From NCBI GenBank assembly GCA_028534125.1, contig CM052818.1, positions 34,288,001 to 34,352,000 on the forward strand: DNA of 64,000 nt. Reading direction: 5' to 3'. The position numbers and the translations under genes are program-made. This document shows positions 1 through 11,879 of this stretch, in pieces. The DNA is from Lama glama. Its lineage: Eukaryota. The notes below the pieces were generated by a model. That model was not told the DNA's origin. It saw nothing but the letters and a program-made list of their open reading frames with translations, and did not search any database. The first letter of the stretch is position 1. Each line of letters starts with the position of its first letter.

Positions 1-310
1 CGGAAGGTATTTTATAGATGTGGTTAACATCTACAATCAGTTGACTTTAAGTAAAGGAGGTTTTCCTTGAAAATGTGAGATGGCCACATAGAATCAGTTG
101 AAAAGCCTTAAGAGACAAACTAAGGATTCCCAGAGGAAGAAGAAATTCTGCCTTAAGACTAACCATTACAGGGTCCGTGCAACTTCAGTTCCCACCTGAG
201 AGTTTCCAGTCTGCTGGCCTGTCTACACACATCAGACTTGCCAGCCCCGACAATCACGTAAGCCAATCCTTATTGGTTCTTTCTCTGGAGAAACCCCGAC
301 TTATATAGAC
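1..310 (+). mobile_element. ERVL LTR (MLT2-like), partial
   Basis: AATCAGTTGACTTTAAGTAAAGG...TATTGGTTCTTTCTCTGGAGAAACCC as in MLT2. Confidence 0.7.
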
Positions 311-324
311 TCTCAGCAGACTTC

Positions 325-500
325 TGGGGTTTAAAGCTTGGCTCTGCCACTTCCCTAGCTGGGTGGTTTCTGTACCTCAATTGCTTCAGCTGTAAAATGG
401 GATAACAACAGTATTGTAGAACTAGATTGTATTTAGCTCATAGGAACAAGAACCACACACGGCACAGAATAAGTGCTTTGAAAGTGTTTGTTAAATAAGT
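325..500 (+). mobile_element. MIR SINE
   Basis: GCTCTGCCACTT...CTGTAAAATGGGATAA core. Confidence 0.65.
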
Positions 501-1370
501 AATTCTGTGCTACCAAGTTTATTTCTTAGCTGGAAAAGGTGAGATATCTTTATTCTCAACAATTTGCCATCAACCAAACACAATCACTCTTTCCTACACC
601 AAGAACAGAACAGCCTTGAAATGATAGCATCTCACCCATTATGGATGCTTCATTGTTCCTTTAGATGGTGTAGGAGCAGGGTGAGTTGCCAGGCCAACTC
701 TATCTACAGGGATGATTTGGCAAACCTGGGGTCAAAGCTCCTCTGGAACATACTTAACCCTGTAGGATTTCAGATGCTGAAAACAGTTGTGCTTAAAGGG
801 CTCAGAGTCAGTATAGAGTTATTCCTACTTTTTGCAAGAGTGGGAGTTTCAGAAAGGGGTCCTAATCATTCTTTCTGTTCTTACTGTTGATACCCCACAG
901 CAGCTTGCCCTGGTTGGGATGAAAGATTAACAGGGGTATCAAAATGTTGCCTTTGTGGACACACCTTCTAGAGGGAGACTATGCTGATGGTGCGAATGGT
1001 GACCACACTTATCGGGCATTTCCCAGATGCCAGACTCTACTCTCAGCGCTATACATATATTAATTCATGGAAGCCCCATCATATGAAAAAATTGAGCCCC
1101 TGTGAGAAAAGTAAGTCGCCTAAGGATAGACGGACAGAAAATGGCAGAGTTGGGATTTGAGACCAGGCTTTTTTGGCTCAAACCCAGGCTCTCCCTCCTA
1201 TGTACATTGCCTGAGTCTGGATTGTAAGGAGGGAGTCCAGGTGGGAGGAGGCAAGGCAACAAGCACAAAACTGGGCTGTGATTGATGGGAGGGTGTGAGG
1301 GGCTCAGAGGACGCTATGGTTAAGTCCATTTATTTTAAACTGAAGAAATTTCAAAGATTGAAATACAAAA

Positions 1371-1490
1371 GGGGGAGGGTATAGCTCAAATGGCAGAGTG
1401 CATGATGCACGAGGTCCTGGGTTCAATCCCCAGTACCTCCTCTAAAAATAAAGAAATAAATAAACTTAATTACACCCCCCAAAAAGAAAT
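1371..1490 (+). mobile_element. tRNA-derived SINE (camelid Vic-1-like)
   Basis: GGGGAGGGTATAGCTCAAATGG (A box)...GGTTCAATCCCC (B box), then an (AAAT)-rich tail and TAATTAC. Confidence 0.85.
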
Positions 1491-1574
1491 AGAACAAATC
1501 ATAAAGAGTATTCTTCCATGAATTTCTTTTGAAGTATATGTGTCTGCTTTTGTACCTAAATATCAAAGTTCATT

Positions 1575-1620
1575 AAAGATTCATACCATAGCAAAAAAAA
1601 AAAAAAGATTCATACCATAG
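1575..1620 (+). mobile_element. Solo poly(A) retro-insertion with perfect 17-bp TSD
   Basis: AAAGATTCATACCATAG at 1575-1591 and 1604-1620 flanking C+A11; preceded by TT. Confidence 0.75.
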
Positions 1621-3479
1621 TATTTGACCCTTTCATCTTCATATTAAAAATTTAAGGCAAATTGATCTTGAAATTATTTCTTATTTATTCACTAACAGTG
1701 CAAGGAAATTTAACACCCTCTTACTTGTTATTCTCATTTGATTTCATTTTACACCAACTTCTCCCTACAGGTTTTCACATTGACAAAGATTTCCTGTATT
1801 ATTGTTCTCCTTCAGGCTCCTGTGAAATAGTCTTAGAAGACTTTTCTGAAATATTTTCCCATAGCTCAGAAAACAAAAATGTATGAACAGGATCAAATTC
1901 TATCAGAATTTGGTTAGTTTTTACACCAGAAAGAGATTGGGTCTTACATTCACTTTTCTAATAATACCAACTCTCTGGCTCTCAATATTTATCTAAGTCC
2001 TAATTTACCCCAGAGATTTGTCCACAGTTGTCATGGCCTTTGGCCTACAGTTCCCTGGAGCTGAATTCTGTGTCAGAGGAGCTATTATTAAGGAGGGAGA
2101 ATTCTCAGCTATCCAGGGCAGAAGGACAGGGAGAAGTAGGGGTACCACAGATGAAGCCTACACCAAGTCCTCAATCTAATTTTGGCCAATTGGCACACTT
2201 GCCTTGCTGGGTGACTGTTCTCATTGGTGGAAACATGCAGTGCACTGAGAATACTGAAACTTGTCTGGTTTATGCCTGCAATTTGGAGAGGCTATGCTGA
2301 AAACAGCCAGGTGTTCATGTCTCATGAACATCTTATGCATACTTAGCTGAGGTCTCCAAAGTCAGGGAAATAGGAGTTAAGAATGGGATGCTGGAATTCT
2401 AGGGACAGGAAGTCCTTCTCTGAAGCCACCTGCCTCTCTCCTCTGTTTCCCAGGCATTTGCACGGGGCGGGGGGAGGGGGGTGCTGCTTTCTCTCTCTCT
2501 TGTCTCTAGAAATGGGCTGGTCATACTGACACTCCTTATCCACGAACTGACCCCCCAGGAGGAAGAGATTGGGTCATATGTTCACACAGTGCTTTAACAG
2601 GATTACACCCTTAAACAAATCCATAAAGTTCTTCCAAGAGGAATAAACCAACAAAACATTCACCCCCTCACACTTTTCCCTTGGGGAATGACATGAAAAC
2701 ACATTTCCCATTGGAGTTGTTTCATAAGAAAAAAACCTTCAGCGTCAGATGTTGGGTGTTCGAACACTGACATTCCTGGTTTTCACCTACTCCAGAGATA
2801 GACAGGTCTATTAATTTAGTTTAAAACATCCAATGAACAACATTCCAGCTAGTCCTTCCAGACCAGTTTTGCAAATTCTGAGAGGCACTTCCTCAAAGCA
2901 GCACCCTTTAAAAGGAGCAGGACAGAGTCTACTGCTGCTGCCCCTGGGTACCGCCCAGGTAGGAGGCCTTCATGTTGGCAGCTACCATATGTGGGGCAAG
3001 AGACAACAGTCACATCACAGCCCCTCACCTTATGCATCAACCCAGGTAAGAAAAAAAAATCCTGAGGTTTCAAGGCTAGGTTAAGAGAGCCAAAGTGCTC
3101 ATTGGTCAACTTCATGCCGAATAACGTCACACCAATTTGTCCTATGATGCTCTGTCTGTCACTTAGCCAAGCTTCCTCCACTCCTGGAATAAAAATTCTT
3201 CTGCCTTGCTATTTTTCTTCTTTTTTCTTAACGAATGGCAATTTAAAAGTATAAATCTATGCTAAAGAGTCACTTTTAATATCAGCTAAACGATTATCAA
3301 AGAAAATCTGTAAAACAGAATGCTGGGTTTGGCTGTCATTTCACATGTCAAGATGCTGCAGCCTGGCATGAAAGATGCTTAGACAGCAAGCAAGACTAGG
3401 AGTGCATAGAAAGCTCTGTTGAGCCCCTTTTTGTGTTTCTATTTCTGTTCATCTGTTTTCCCATGGGCAAGGAGACACC

Positions 3480-6180
3480 TCCTATCACAGAGCCGTCCCC
3501 GTCTTGGGTCAGCAGACAATACCGGAGAAATGTGCAAAGGACGGCTACGCTGGCCTGGGTGTGGCCACTGGCAAAGGGAAGCAATGGTCCCCTGGCTGCA
3601 GGCCCGAAGACCAGTGGCAGCACCGTGCCCGGTAATCTGCACGCCTGCTTTTTCCCATTTTACCACAATCCGCACCAGCCCTAACTGCTCCCTCTATGAA
3701 CAGACAGCAGACCTTCGATGTGGGCCCCCTCGTCAGACAAAGCCGGCTACTCAGGGAACCCGCTCAGCACCGAGGCGACCTCCGTAGGTCGCCCCTGACC
3801 GTCTTGGTTATCGGTCAACCGAGGGGCGGGAGGCGGCGCCACTGCCAGAAGGTATTAAAGCCAGGGGCGGCGTCTGTCTGCAGGTCCCACAGTCTGGGGA
3901 TCTGCGTCTCACACCAGGGAACTAACGGCGGGGCTTGGTGCCCCAACACAAACCCCAAGGGACAAGCACGTGCCCTGTGATTTCTCCGAGAGCATTTTCT
4001 ACAACCATTAAGCTGTACACTTGAGTTCTGGAGGGCCCTAGTTCGCTGTCGGGCGGGTACCAGGATTGGCTATTGTTCTCCGGGTCTCCCCGGGGGGAGG
4101 CGTCCCCCATTCCACCTCCCTGGCAGCATCTGCCGCCGGACCAAGAAAGAAAAGGGTGTGCCTGCGGCGCCGCGGATTATCACAAAACCCTAAACGAGTC
4201 CCTGCGGGCTGGTGTCAAGCCAGGAGACAAAGCTCCTCGCATGGACAGGCATCTCGGTCCCGGATCCGCCATCCTGGGCCTGTCGCCCCGTCCCGGAGCC
4301 ACGCCCAGACAGCCACAGGACCTCTAGGACCCTCGCTTGAGCAGAGGGTCTTCCGGCTCGAGACCCGCCCCCCAGCTGCCTGCCCCTCCCTTCCCCAGAG
4401 ACCTCCCTCCCCAGGGAGACCCCTCCCCCTCACCGCGCGGGTCTCCTCCTCCCTGGCGTCTACCCTCCTCAAGCCCGGGCAGTCTCCACCCTCCTGCATC
4501 CCTCCTCCCCCCACATTCTCCGTCAGCCCCAGCCTCGTCTCGTGCCACCTGCTCCAAGCTCCTTCTCTCCCTCCTCAGACCCTTCTCTTTCCTCCTCAAA
4601 CCCTAGTCTCCACTTACCCCTCCACCCAGACTCAGTCACCTATCCCCACCGTGTTCCCCATCTCCCATCTTTTCCCATCCTTGCTCAGACTGACTGAAGC
4701 CTCGCGTCCGCCTCTCCCCATCCCAGCTTCTCTCCAGCTGACTCCTGCCTCCTCCCCAGGCCTGGGGCGTCGACGTCTCTCGCCCGCCAAGATCGATGCA
4801 GCGGGGAGGGCTCCCGCGATGGGCTCAAGCGAAGGATCCCGCTTGGCGCCCGCTCTGGGCCGGGCAGCGGCAGGCGGCCTTTGTGGTTCAGACAGGTGCC
4901 TTGGAGGCGACAGGCGAATCGTCCTCAGGCGTCCGCCTCGTTATTGGGACTAGCGGAACGGACCGCCAGGTCGGCCCAGGCTGGGAAAATCCCAACTCTG
5001 AGGCGAGAGGGACAGAGGGTGTGTATGGGTGATGGGTAGGGGCAGATGACAGCAACAATCTAGGGACTCGGACAGGACCGGCCCAAGGCCAGAAGCCCCC
5101 GCCCAGCCTTCCAGCCATTCACTACACCTCGAAGAGTGAGGCTGGGCGCCTACTGTGCGCTAGGAGTGAACCCTCTCCAACCAAGCCATCTCCTCATCCC
5201 AGTTCTTTGCAATCTCCCGAGCACCTATTAAATGCCTACTATGAGCAAGGCACCGCACGGAGCTCTGGGAGCTCTGTGGGCTTACAAAGAGGAACTGATT
5301 CGGGCCCCAGTTTAGCCTGGGGTGCCCAGCCCCAATTCCAAACCACACCTCTCGCCGCGTCCCCAGCGGCCGGGCCCAAGGCGCACCCGGACCCCCGCCC
5401 TATTGTGCGCCTCCCAGAGAAACAAGTGTGTGTGAGATGGATGTTCCAGCCCGGGGAAAATGAGCCCACCGCCCGCCCCGCCATCACCCACTCCTTCGGG
5501 ATGCCGCGGCTGCGAGGGTCCGTCGGTGGGTGGGTTCTCCTCCTGTCTCGCGGTGGCGCGGGAGCTGCGGGTGCTCGGGGCGGCGGCGGCTGCACGCGCG
5601 CTCGCTCGATCGCCGCCTTGGCGCGCCGGGCGCTGGAGTCCGAAGCCGCGAGCGGGGGAGGGGACTTGGGTGGGGACTGGAGGCAGTCTCGGCCAATCAC
5701 GGACGCGACGGCTCCTTCCCCCTGCTCCCCACCTCAAGCTAGCAGGTTAGGGGGAGGCGGGGACCCGTGGCGCCCTACATCCTCCGCGCTGTGCGCGGCC
5801 GCCGCCTTGGGACTACAACTCCCGACAGGCCTTGCTGCAGGGCCCGGGTCCAAGAGGAGATGGAGGGCACGACCCGAGAACCCGCCGACCCCCTCGCGCC
5901 CTTCTCCGCGTTCCTTTGGATTTCCATGGTAACTCAAGACACTTCACAAAGCCCAGGCACTGGGACGAGCTGATGCACGCGTCCCCTGGGAGGGCTAGCG
6001 CGTCCCCTCCCCTTGCAGGACTCCACCCGAGGGGCTGAAACAATGCCCCAGTTGCCTCTTCCTGGCTGCTGCCAGGCCTGGCTAAGGCCGCTTGGCTCCC
6101 TTCAAGACCCAGTCCGACGCCATCGAAATGGGCGCTCAGCAGGACTGCAGGATGGAGAGGGCGGGGGTGTAGTTATTGGA
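3480..6180 (-). promoter_or_regulatory. DPYSL5: Large CpG island, probable DPYSL5 (CRMP5) promoter and start of intron 1
   Basis: High CpG density; CCAAT 5693-5697; ACTACA/ZNF143-type motif 5812-5835. Identity inferred from synteny (DPYSL5 follows CENPA); no DPYSL5 coding sequence in the window. Confidence 0.7.
5492..5650 (-). other. DPYSL5: Probable DPYSL5 non-coding first exon (5' boundary approximate)
   Basis: GCGATCGAGCGAGCGCGCGTGCAGCCGCCGCCGCCCCGAGCACCCGCAGCTCC resembles the human DPYSL5 5'UTR as recalled; ends GAAGGA|GTGGGT. Confidence 0.6.
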
Positions 6181-7314
6181 AAATGTTCTCACGTACAACG
6201 TGGATAGCAACTCGGGGCCACCTAAGTGCTCACCTCTCCTCTCTGGGGCCTCGAATCAGGAGTTCATTCTCTCAGCAGCGTTGAGCTATGGCTTCTTTCT
6301 CCATCCAGAGCTCTCAGGTCCAGCTGCCTGTTCCATTTCTGACATCTCTTTTCAGGGCATGGTGAAGCGTCTGGAAATGTTTTATAACTCAGTTTACATT
6401 CGCTTCACCTTTTTCCCCCTCACGTTTTGAATACACATGTCGTTTAACAAAATCAGCAAATCTAAAAAAAGAGAATCACCAGGCCTTTTGTACGACCTTC
6501 CCGACCCCCTCTGGAGCCTTTACCGTGTATATTATTTCATGTAGTTGTAATAATAGCTGAGATACGGCTTAGTAATTTGCCTCTTTTCACTTAATGTCAC
6601 TCCGAAGGTGTTGTTATCGATAAGGTGTTAAAATGCACTGAGGCCTCACTTCAACCTCATACCAGGGTTCCCCGGGGAACCCCAAGAGGCTGTGGCAGAA
6701 GCCCCTCCCCTGACAGACTTCCTGGAAGGAGTGAAGGTGAGGGGGTTCCCTTGCTGTAGCCAGCAGATATGTTTCTCTCTGAGGAATAATTTCAAACAAA
6801 ATGGTGCTCCACTACTCCAGAGGGTCCCCCCTCCCTGTCTCAGCAAAATTTTCCCCGGGCGCCCGCCGCCACTGCCCGCTGAAGTGAGATCTCCTTGGGC
6901 CGCTTGCTCTGCAGTCCGGCAGGCTTGGCTGGCGTTTGGGGCTTCACTTCTGGATTACCCCCATAGAGTCTCTACTTATGCTGGAGGAAGGATTATTTCT
7001 CTGCCCTCTCCCCCAATGGTAAGCTTATGCAGGGAGTCCCCACATGAGCCTAGGGACTACCCCCAAAGCATCCCAACCCAGAGTAGGCCAGGACGTGACT
7101 ATGAAAACTAAAGGGCAGTGGCTCCTCCTTCCCCCACTGTTTCAGCTTGGGGCACTGCCCTAGGCATTCCCCCAGGCCGACCAACTTCTGCGCTGACCCT
7201 GAGATTTCGGTAAAATCGGTTGAGCTTGAGGGAGGTGAAGTGGAACCCAGAGCTGGCTCCCGGCAGCTGAGTCTGCGGGCACGTTCCAGGCTGCACTTTT
7301 TGCCTAAGGGGGAG

Positions 7315-7332
7315 GGAGCCCTCTAGTGGCAT
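7315..7332 (-). promoter_or_regulatory. Candidate CTCF site
   Basis: GCCACTAGAGGGCTC matches the core CCASYAGRKGGC. Confidence 0.5.
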
Positions 7333-7544
7333 AAACGTTTTCTGCATCATTTAGGGGACCTCACGTTTGGACTCAGGCTGCCTCGCTTATTTGAGCCTAC
7401 CACCCGTGGTCAGAAAAGAGCTGTCTGTTGGCCTGGGACGTTGCTGAAAGTCTCACCCAAACCTGAGGTGACAAATGTCCCCGGTAGTTGATTTTATCTG
7501 CTTTTATTTATTTTTAATTTAGGCTCTCTCTCCTGGGAAGGAGC

Positions 7545-7760
7545 CCAGGGCTTGGAATCATACATCCTTAAGCTGGAATCCTTGGCTTCTTGACCTTGGG
7601 AAAGTTACTTAATCCATCTGAGCCTTAGCTTCACACAGACGTGGGAGACCAAAATACATCCTTTTAACCTTGCTGTGATAATTACATGAGGAAATGCATA
7701 TAAAAGGCATAGCACACACTACCTGACATATAGCATGCACTCAACAAATACAGCTATTTT
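7545..7760 (+). mobile_element. MIR SINE
   Basis: TGACCTTGGGAAAGTTACTTAATCCATCTGAGCCTTAG core. Confidence 0.6.
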
Positions 7761-8052
7761 CATTCATTTATTCAGCAACAGATGGTTGTTGAACAGCGTG
7801 AGGGGTATAAGAACATGATGTTCGCACTATATCGGCCACAAAAGGCAATATGCTGTGACTTTTATTATAAAGCTACTATGACCAGCTTAGGTTAAGTGGA
7901 ATGGGAATTCAGACAAGAGAGAAATCCATTATGAACAGATCATCAGAGAACAGAGGAGCTGGATTTGGATTTCACCTGGATGTTGACATGTTGGGTGCTT
8001 CTAAGCCAAGGTCTGAGATTCCAGGATGAAGGAGTAAAACTTTGTGGGGAGG

Positions 8053-8190
8053 AGGGGGGAGTTTATAGCTCAGTGGTAGAGCTCATGCTTAGCAAGCACA
8101 GGTTCTGGGTTCAATCCTCAGTACTGCCATTAAATAAATAAGTAAGTAAATAAATAAATAAACCTAATTACCTTCCTCCTCCAAAAAAAA
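8053..8190 (+). mobile_element. tRNA-derived SINE (camelid Vic-1-like) with TSD
   Basis: TAGCTCAGTGG...GGTTCAATCC boxes and A tail; imperfect 17-bp TSD AAAACTTTGTGGGGAGG (8036-8052) / AAGAGTTTGTGGGTAGG (8191-8207). Confidence 0.87.
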
Positions 8191-9812
8191 AAGAGTTTGT
8201 GGGTAGGAAAGCTGGGGGGTGGGTGGGTTTGGAAGACAGCTGAGGATCCCACCATGGCTTCAAAGTCAAGTCCATGAATGGGGGTGATGGGAAGAGATGG
8301 GAGATGGCAAGGTAAGGTAGGCTGCCTTCAGGATCAGACTTCACAAAGCTCAGGGCTATTGGTTTTTATGAGTAAATGTGTTTGGGGTTCCAAACTGGCT
8401 TAATAGCAAGCTTCCAGAATAACGGACCAGTGAAGGGCTACCACCAAAGGAGAGAGAGGAAAGACTAGCAGGTGTTTTCAGAATACATTTGACCCTTACA
8501 CCTCCACAGGGCAGGTAGCCTTGTTCATTTCTTGCAGATGAGGTGCTCAGAGCTTAGCTTGAGTGACCTGCCCAGAGAGTCATGCTGCTCTAAGTAGCAG
8601 AACCATGGTCCAAACCCCATCTGCCTGATGCAGGGCTGAACCCTTCCTGCTCCAACACCCCCCCCCCCCGGCAATCCTCCAGAAGGTGACAGATGATGAC
8701 CATGATTGACTGCCTCTCCAGAGGAGCCGATGCCAAGTCCTTGGCACCCAGATGTTCCTCCTGCAATTTCACCCTGTTCCTCCTTGGGGTGCCCTCTGAG
8801 AAGGGGTGTTCTCCAACAGTCCTGAGGACCTTTGTGTTCAGTTTTTTCCTCAGCCTTCTCTTTTCACTTCTTTCTCCCCTCACACTTCTCCATGACAACC
8901 CTACTATGGAGAACACATCAAGAAATCTACTTAGCCATTAAAAAATTTTGAGCCAGCAATCAAACTTCTATATTCAGGCCAGCGCCACAGGGAAGGGGCC
9001 AAAAGGGAGTCGTGAAGATGGACAAATGGACCCTGAGAGAGAGAGAAAACCAGAAGAGGACTGAGAGCATTTCAGACCCCGGAGCTGTGGCCACCAGTCT
9101 GAGGCTGAGATACAGGTAGGGGGACCTGGGGAGGCTGAGGGTGGTGGTGCTTGAGCTGAAAACAGAAAAGTCAATTCCACTGGCTTATCCTGACCCTTGA
9201 AATGCTGATGAGCTCTTCAAAAATTTAAATCTTTTCTTCTGGCCTAGGAAATTTTTTTTCCTGCTTTGACTTTAAAACTTCAAAGTTTAGTTTTGAAATA
9301 AAATTTTGTCTTCTCTTAGAACTAGAATGCCAGCGAACCAACAAGAAGGAATCACTGTATGATTCCAGCTGCCCTGGCCCCACAGTGGAACTCTACCATT
9401 TTAAATCTGCATTTATTTCACGCACATAGAGAAATTCTTCAAGCCAAGAGGAACCTAGAAATTGCATAGTCTCCCAATGCCAACATTATATATATATAGA
9501 TAAGGATAAGGAGGATTTGTTTTAAGCCATTTTCTCCCTTAAGAAATAAAATTCATCTGGGTGTTAATAAGAATCATAGGACAAGAAGCACAACTCAGAG
9601 ATACCTAATCACCTTCAGAGAACAAAAGAGTTACTCTAAGAGCCAGATCTTTAATCATGTTTTTGTTCGCCACCTGTCACACTCCGTGACACAATGCTTT
9701 ATTGAACCCCTGACCAGGGCTAGGGGGCTGAGAATATTGGAAAGAATTCCCTCACTCCAGCCACTAAGCTGGGTTTTCATTTGTAAAATGAGTCCAAAGA
9801 AACAACAGTAAA

Positions 9813-9866
9813 AAATATATATGTATGTGTGTATATATATATGTATATATATATATATATGTATAT
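9813..9866. repeat. (TA)n/(TG)n compound microsatellite
   Basis: ATATATATGTATGTGTGTATATATAT... Confidence 0.85.
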
Positions 9867-9984
9867 AAACTCATCTGTCTTTATCTGATTTTTTTGATAC
9901 TCTTTTATGAAGTCAGCCCTTCTGTTGAGCTAATTTTCCCCCTGTAGTTGCATGAATCAGAAGCTCTCTAAATCAGAATTCAAG

Positions 9985-10190
9985 CAAATATTTATTGAGC
10001 ATTTCCTGCATATTTTATGTACCTTATTCATTTAATCCCCACAGCAGACCTGTGAGAAAGATACCGTGACACCCAGTTTATGGTAGAGGGAAATAATATT
10101 TCAAAGGCAATTAAGTCACCCAAGGTCAAACAGCTCAAAGGGGCAGAGCCTAGATCAAGACCCTGGTTTGAGCCCAGGATCTGTGTTTGT
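9985..10190 (-). mobile_element. MIR SINE
   Basis: TCATTTAATCCCCACAGC...AAGTCACCCAAGGTCAAACAGC is the reverse MIR core. Confidence 0.6.
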
Positions 10191-11879
10191 TCCACCCCTA
10201 GAGTGCAGGGGTATAATGCAGAGGGACAAAGGAAGAAGTTCAGGAAGCAGGTGGCCTGGAGGGCAGGAGAGGGGAGCCGCTGAGGGTTGGGGGTAGGGTG
10301 GGGAGGATTAACCTTGGGCCAGGCTTATAGTGCAGCACCAGCAAGAGGGACTGTGGCAAATCAGGAGAGGCACCAGCTTTAGAATCAGATTGTTGTGAAC
10401 CAGATAGTGTGAGCCTCAGTTGCTGCATCTGTAACCTGGGCTAACAGTACCCATCTCCCAAGGTCATCTAAGGGTGGATGGCACAGTGCCTGCAGCAGGA
10501 GACCCCTCGATGTATGGTGGTTATTACTGAAACTGACAGCAATGCTTGCTGAACAGCTGCAGCGTAGAGTGAAGGTGAAAGTCCTCCGGTAGGCTCAGGA
10601 ATATGTGGTGAGAAAAACAGAAGAAACCACTAGCCCAGGGGAAGCTTGTCAGGGAGAGGAAGGGTCGGGCTGGGGTGGCTAGGAGGAGGGGCAGCAGGGT
10701 CAGGGGAAGAGTTTTCCAGCTGCAAGGACATGGCCACTTTTGTAGAAAAGGAGAAATGTCCTGTGAAGAGCAAGAAACTGAATGCAAAGGGGAGATAGAG
10801 GGGTTGAGAACACAGGAGGAATTTGGGGGAGCCCTGGGAAGGAGGAAATAGCAAACATATCAATGCATGGAGGTACCAATGGATAGCGATGCACAATGGG
10901 AAAGTCCTCACTTGGGAAAGGCACTCAGGCTGCCTGGGCTCCCACTTGCCCATCCATAAAATGAGGTCAGTCCCACCTGTCTGTTTACTTCCCAGAGTGC
11001 CACTGGGGATACGTGCAAAAGCCTTTTGTTAAAACACCATTACAAAATCTCAGAGATTGTGGTTGATGTCAAGTGTAGATCATAGGTGAAATGGGTTTTT
11101 TCCCCACTGGCTTCTTTCTCAGAAAAGTTTAGAGGAAATTATTTTCAAGTCCTTTGATCTCCTTGGCAGAAAGACACCAAATAAATTCAAGATGTTATGG
11201 TATGTTAGTCTCTCTGCTTGGGAACTGAGGGTGACCAATTTTATTCAATAGCTAGTGACAACCTTTCAGAATTACTTAAAGCACCTAAGCTCCACTAAGT
11301 CTCAGCCCCTGAGACCGCTGCCCCCCGAGCCACCCTCACATAGCCGTCCTGAATTAGGGCTCCCTGAGAAGGCAATTTGAGGGCCGACACCCAGTCTGTG
11401 TGTCCTTGCTTGGTACCAGGGTGTCCAAGCCTGTGACTTGGGTCCACGGACTGTGTTCAGGTCTCAGCCACATGGCTGCTCAGTCTCCCTGAATGCATCG
11501 CTATGGAACCATAATAACAATAGCAGTTGCTTCTGTTTACGGGGTGGCAGGTGCTGCCAGACCCCGCACTGGGGCTGCCGGCGTATGAGCAGCTTGCCCG
11601 GGTCACGGAGCCATAGTCAGAGTCGGGCTTCAGACCTGGGGCTGCCGGTGCCAGGCCCAGGGTCCTTCCTACTCTGCTGTTTCACTGCTTCATATGGAAG
11701 GTGGGGTCCCAACACACCTCACGGTTGTCAGGAAGGACAAGCGAGCATCAGCCACGTGAAAGCCTTTGGAACAGGAGGATTCTTGACCAATGTGCTCAGT
11801 CTCTTTCTTTTTACAATTATTTTCTAATCTAAATGCCTGCATAGATGCTGCCATTGTAACAATCTAATTGTTTTTATTC

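Noticed and set aside
3763..3783. REST/NRSE site (CTCAGCACC) near DPYSL5
   Set aside because: Only the left half-site; the GGACAG right half is missing
4066..5932. Long ORFs in the CpG island (295 aa, 241 aa and overlapping ones)
   Set aside because: Pro/Ser/Gly/Arg-rich low complexity with ORFs open in several frames, as expected from stop-codon depletion in GC-rich DNA; no recognisable domain
8053..8130. tRNA-Ala-like genes (also at 1371)
   Set aside because: Degenerate stems, SINE tails, A-rich ends and (for the 8053 copy) a TSD show they are SINEs
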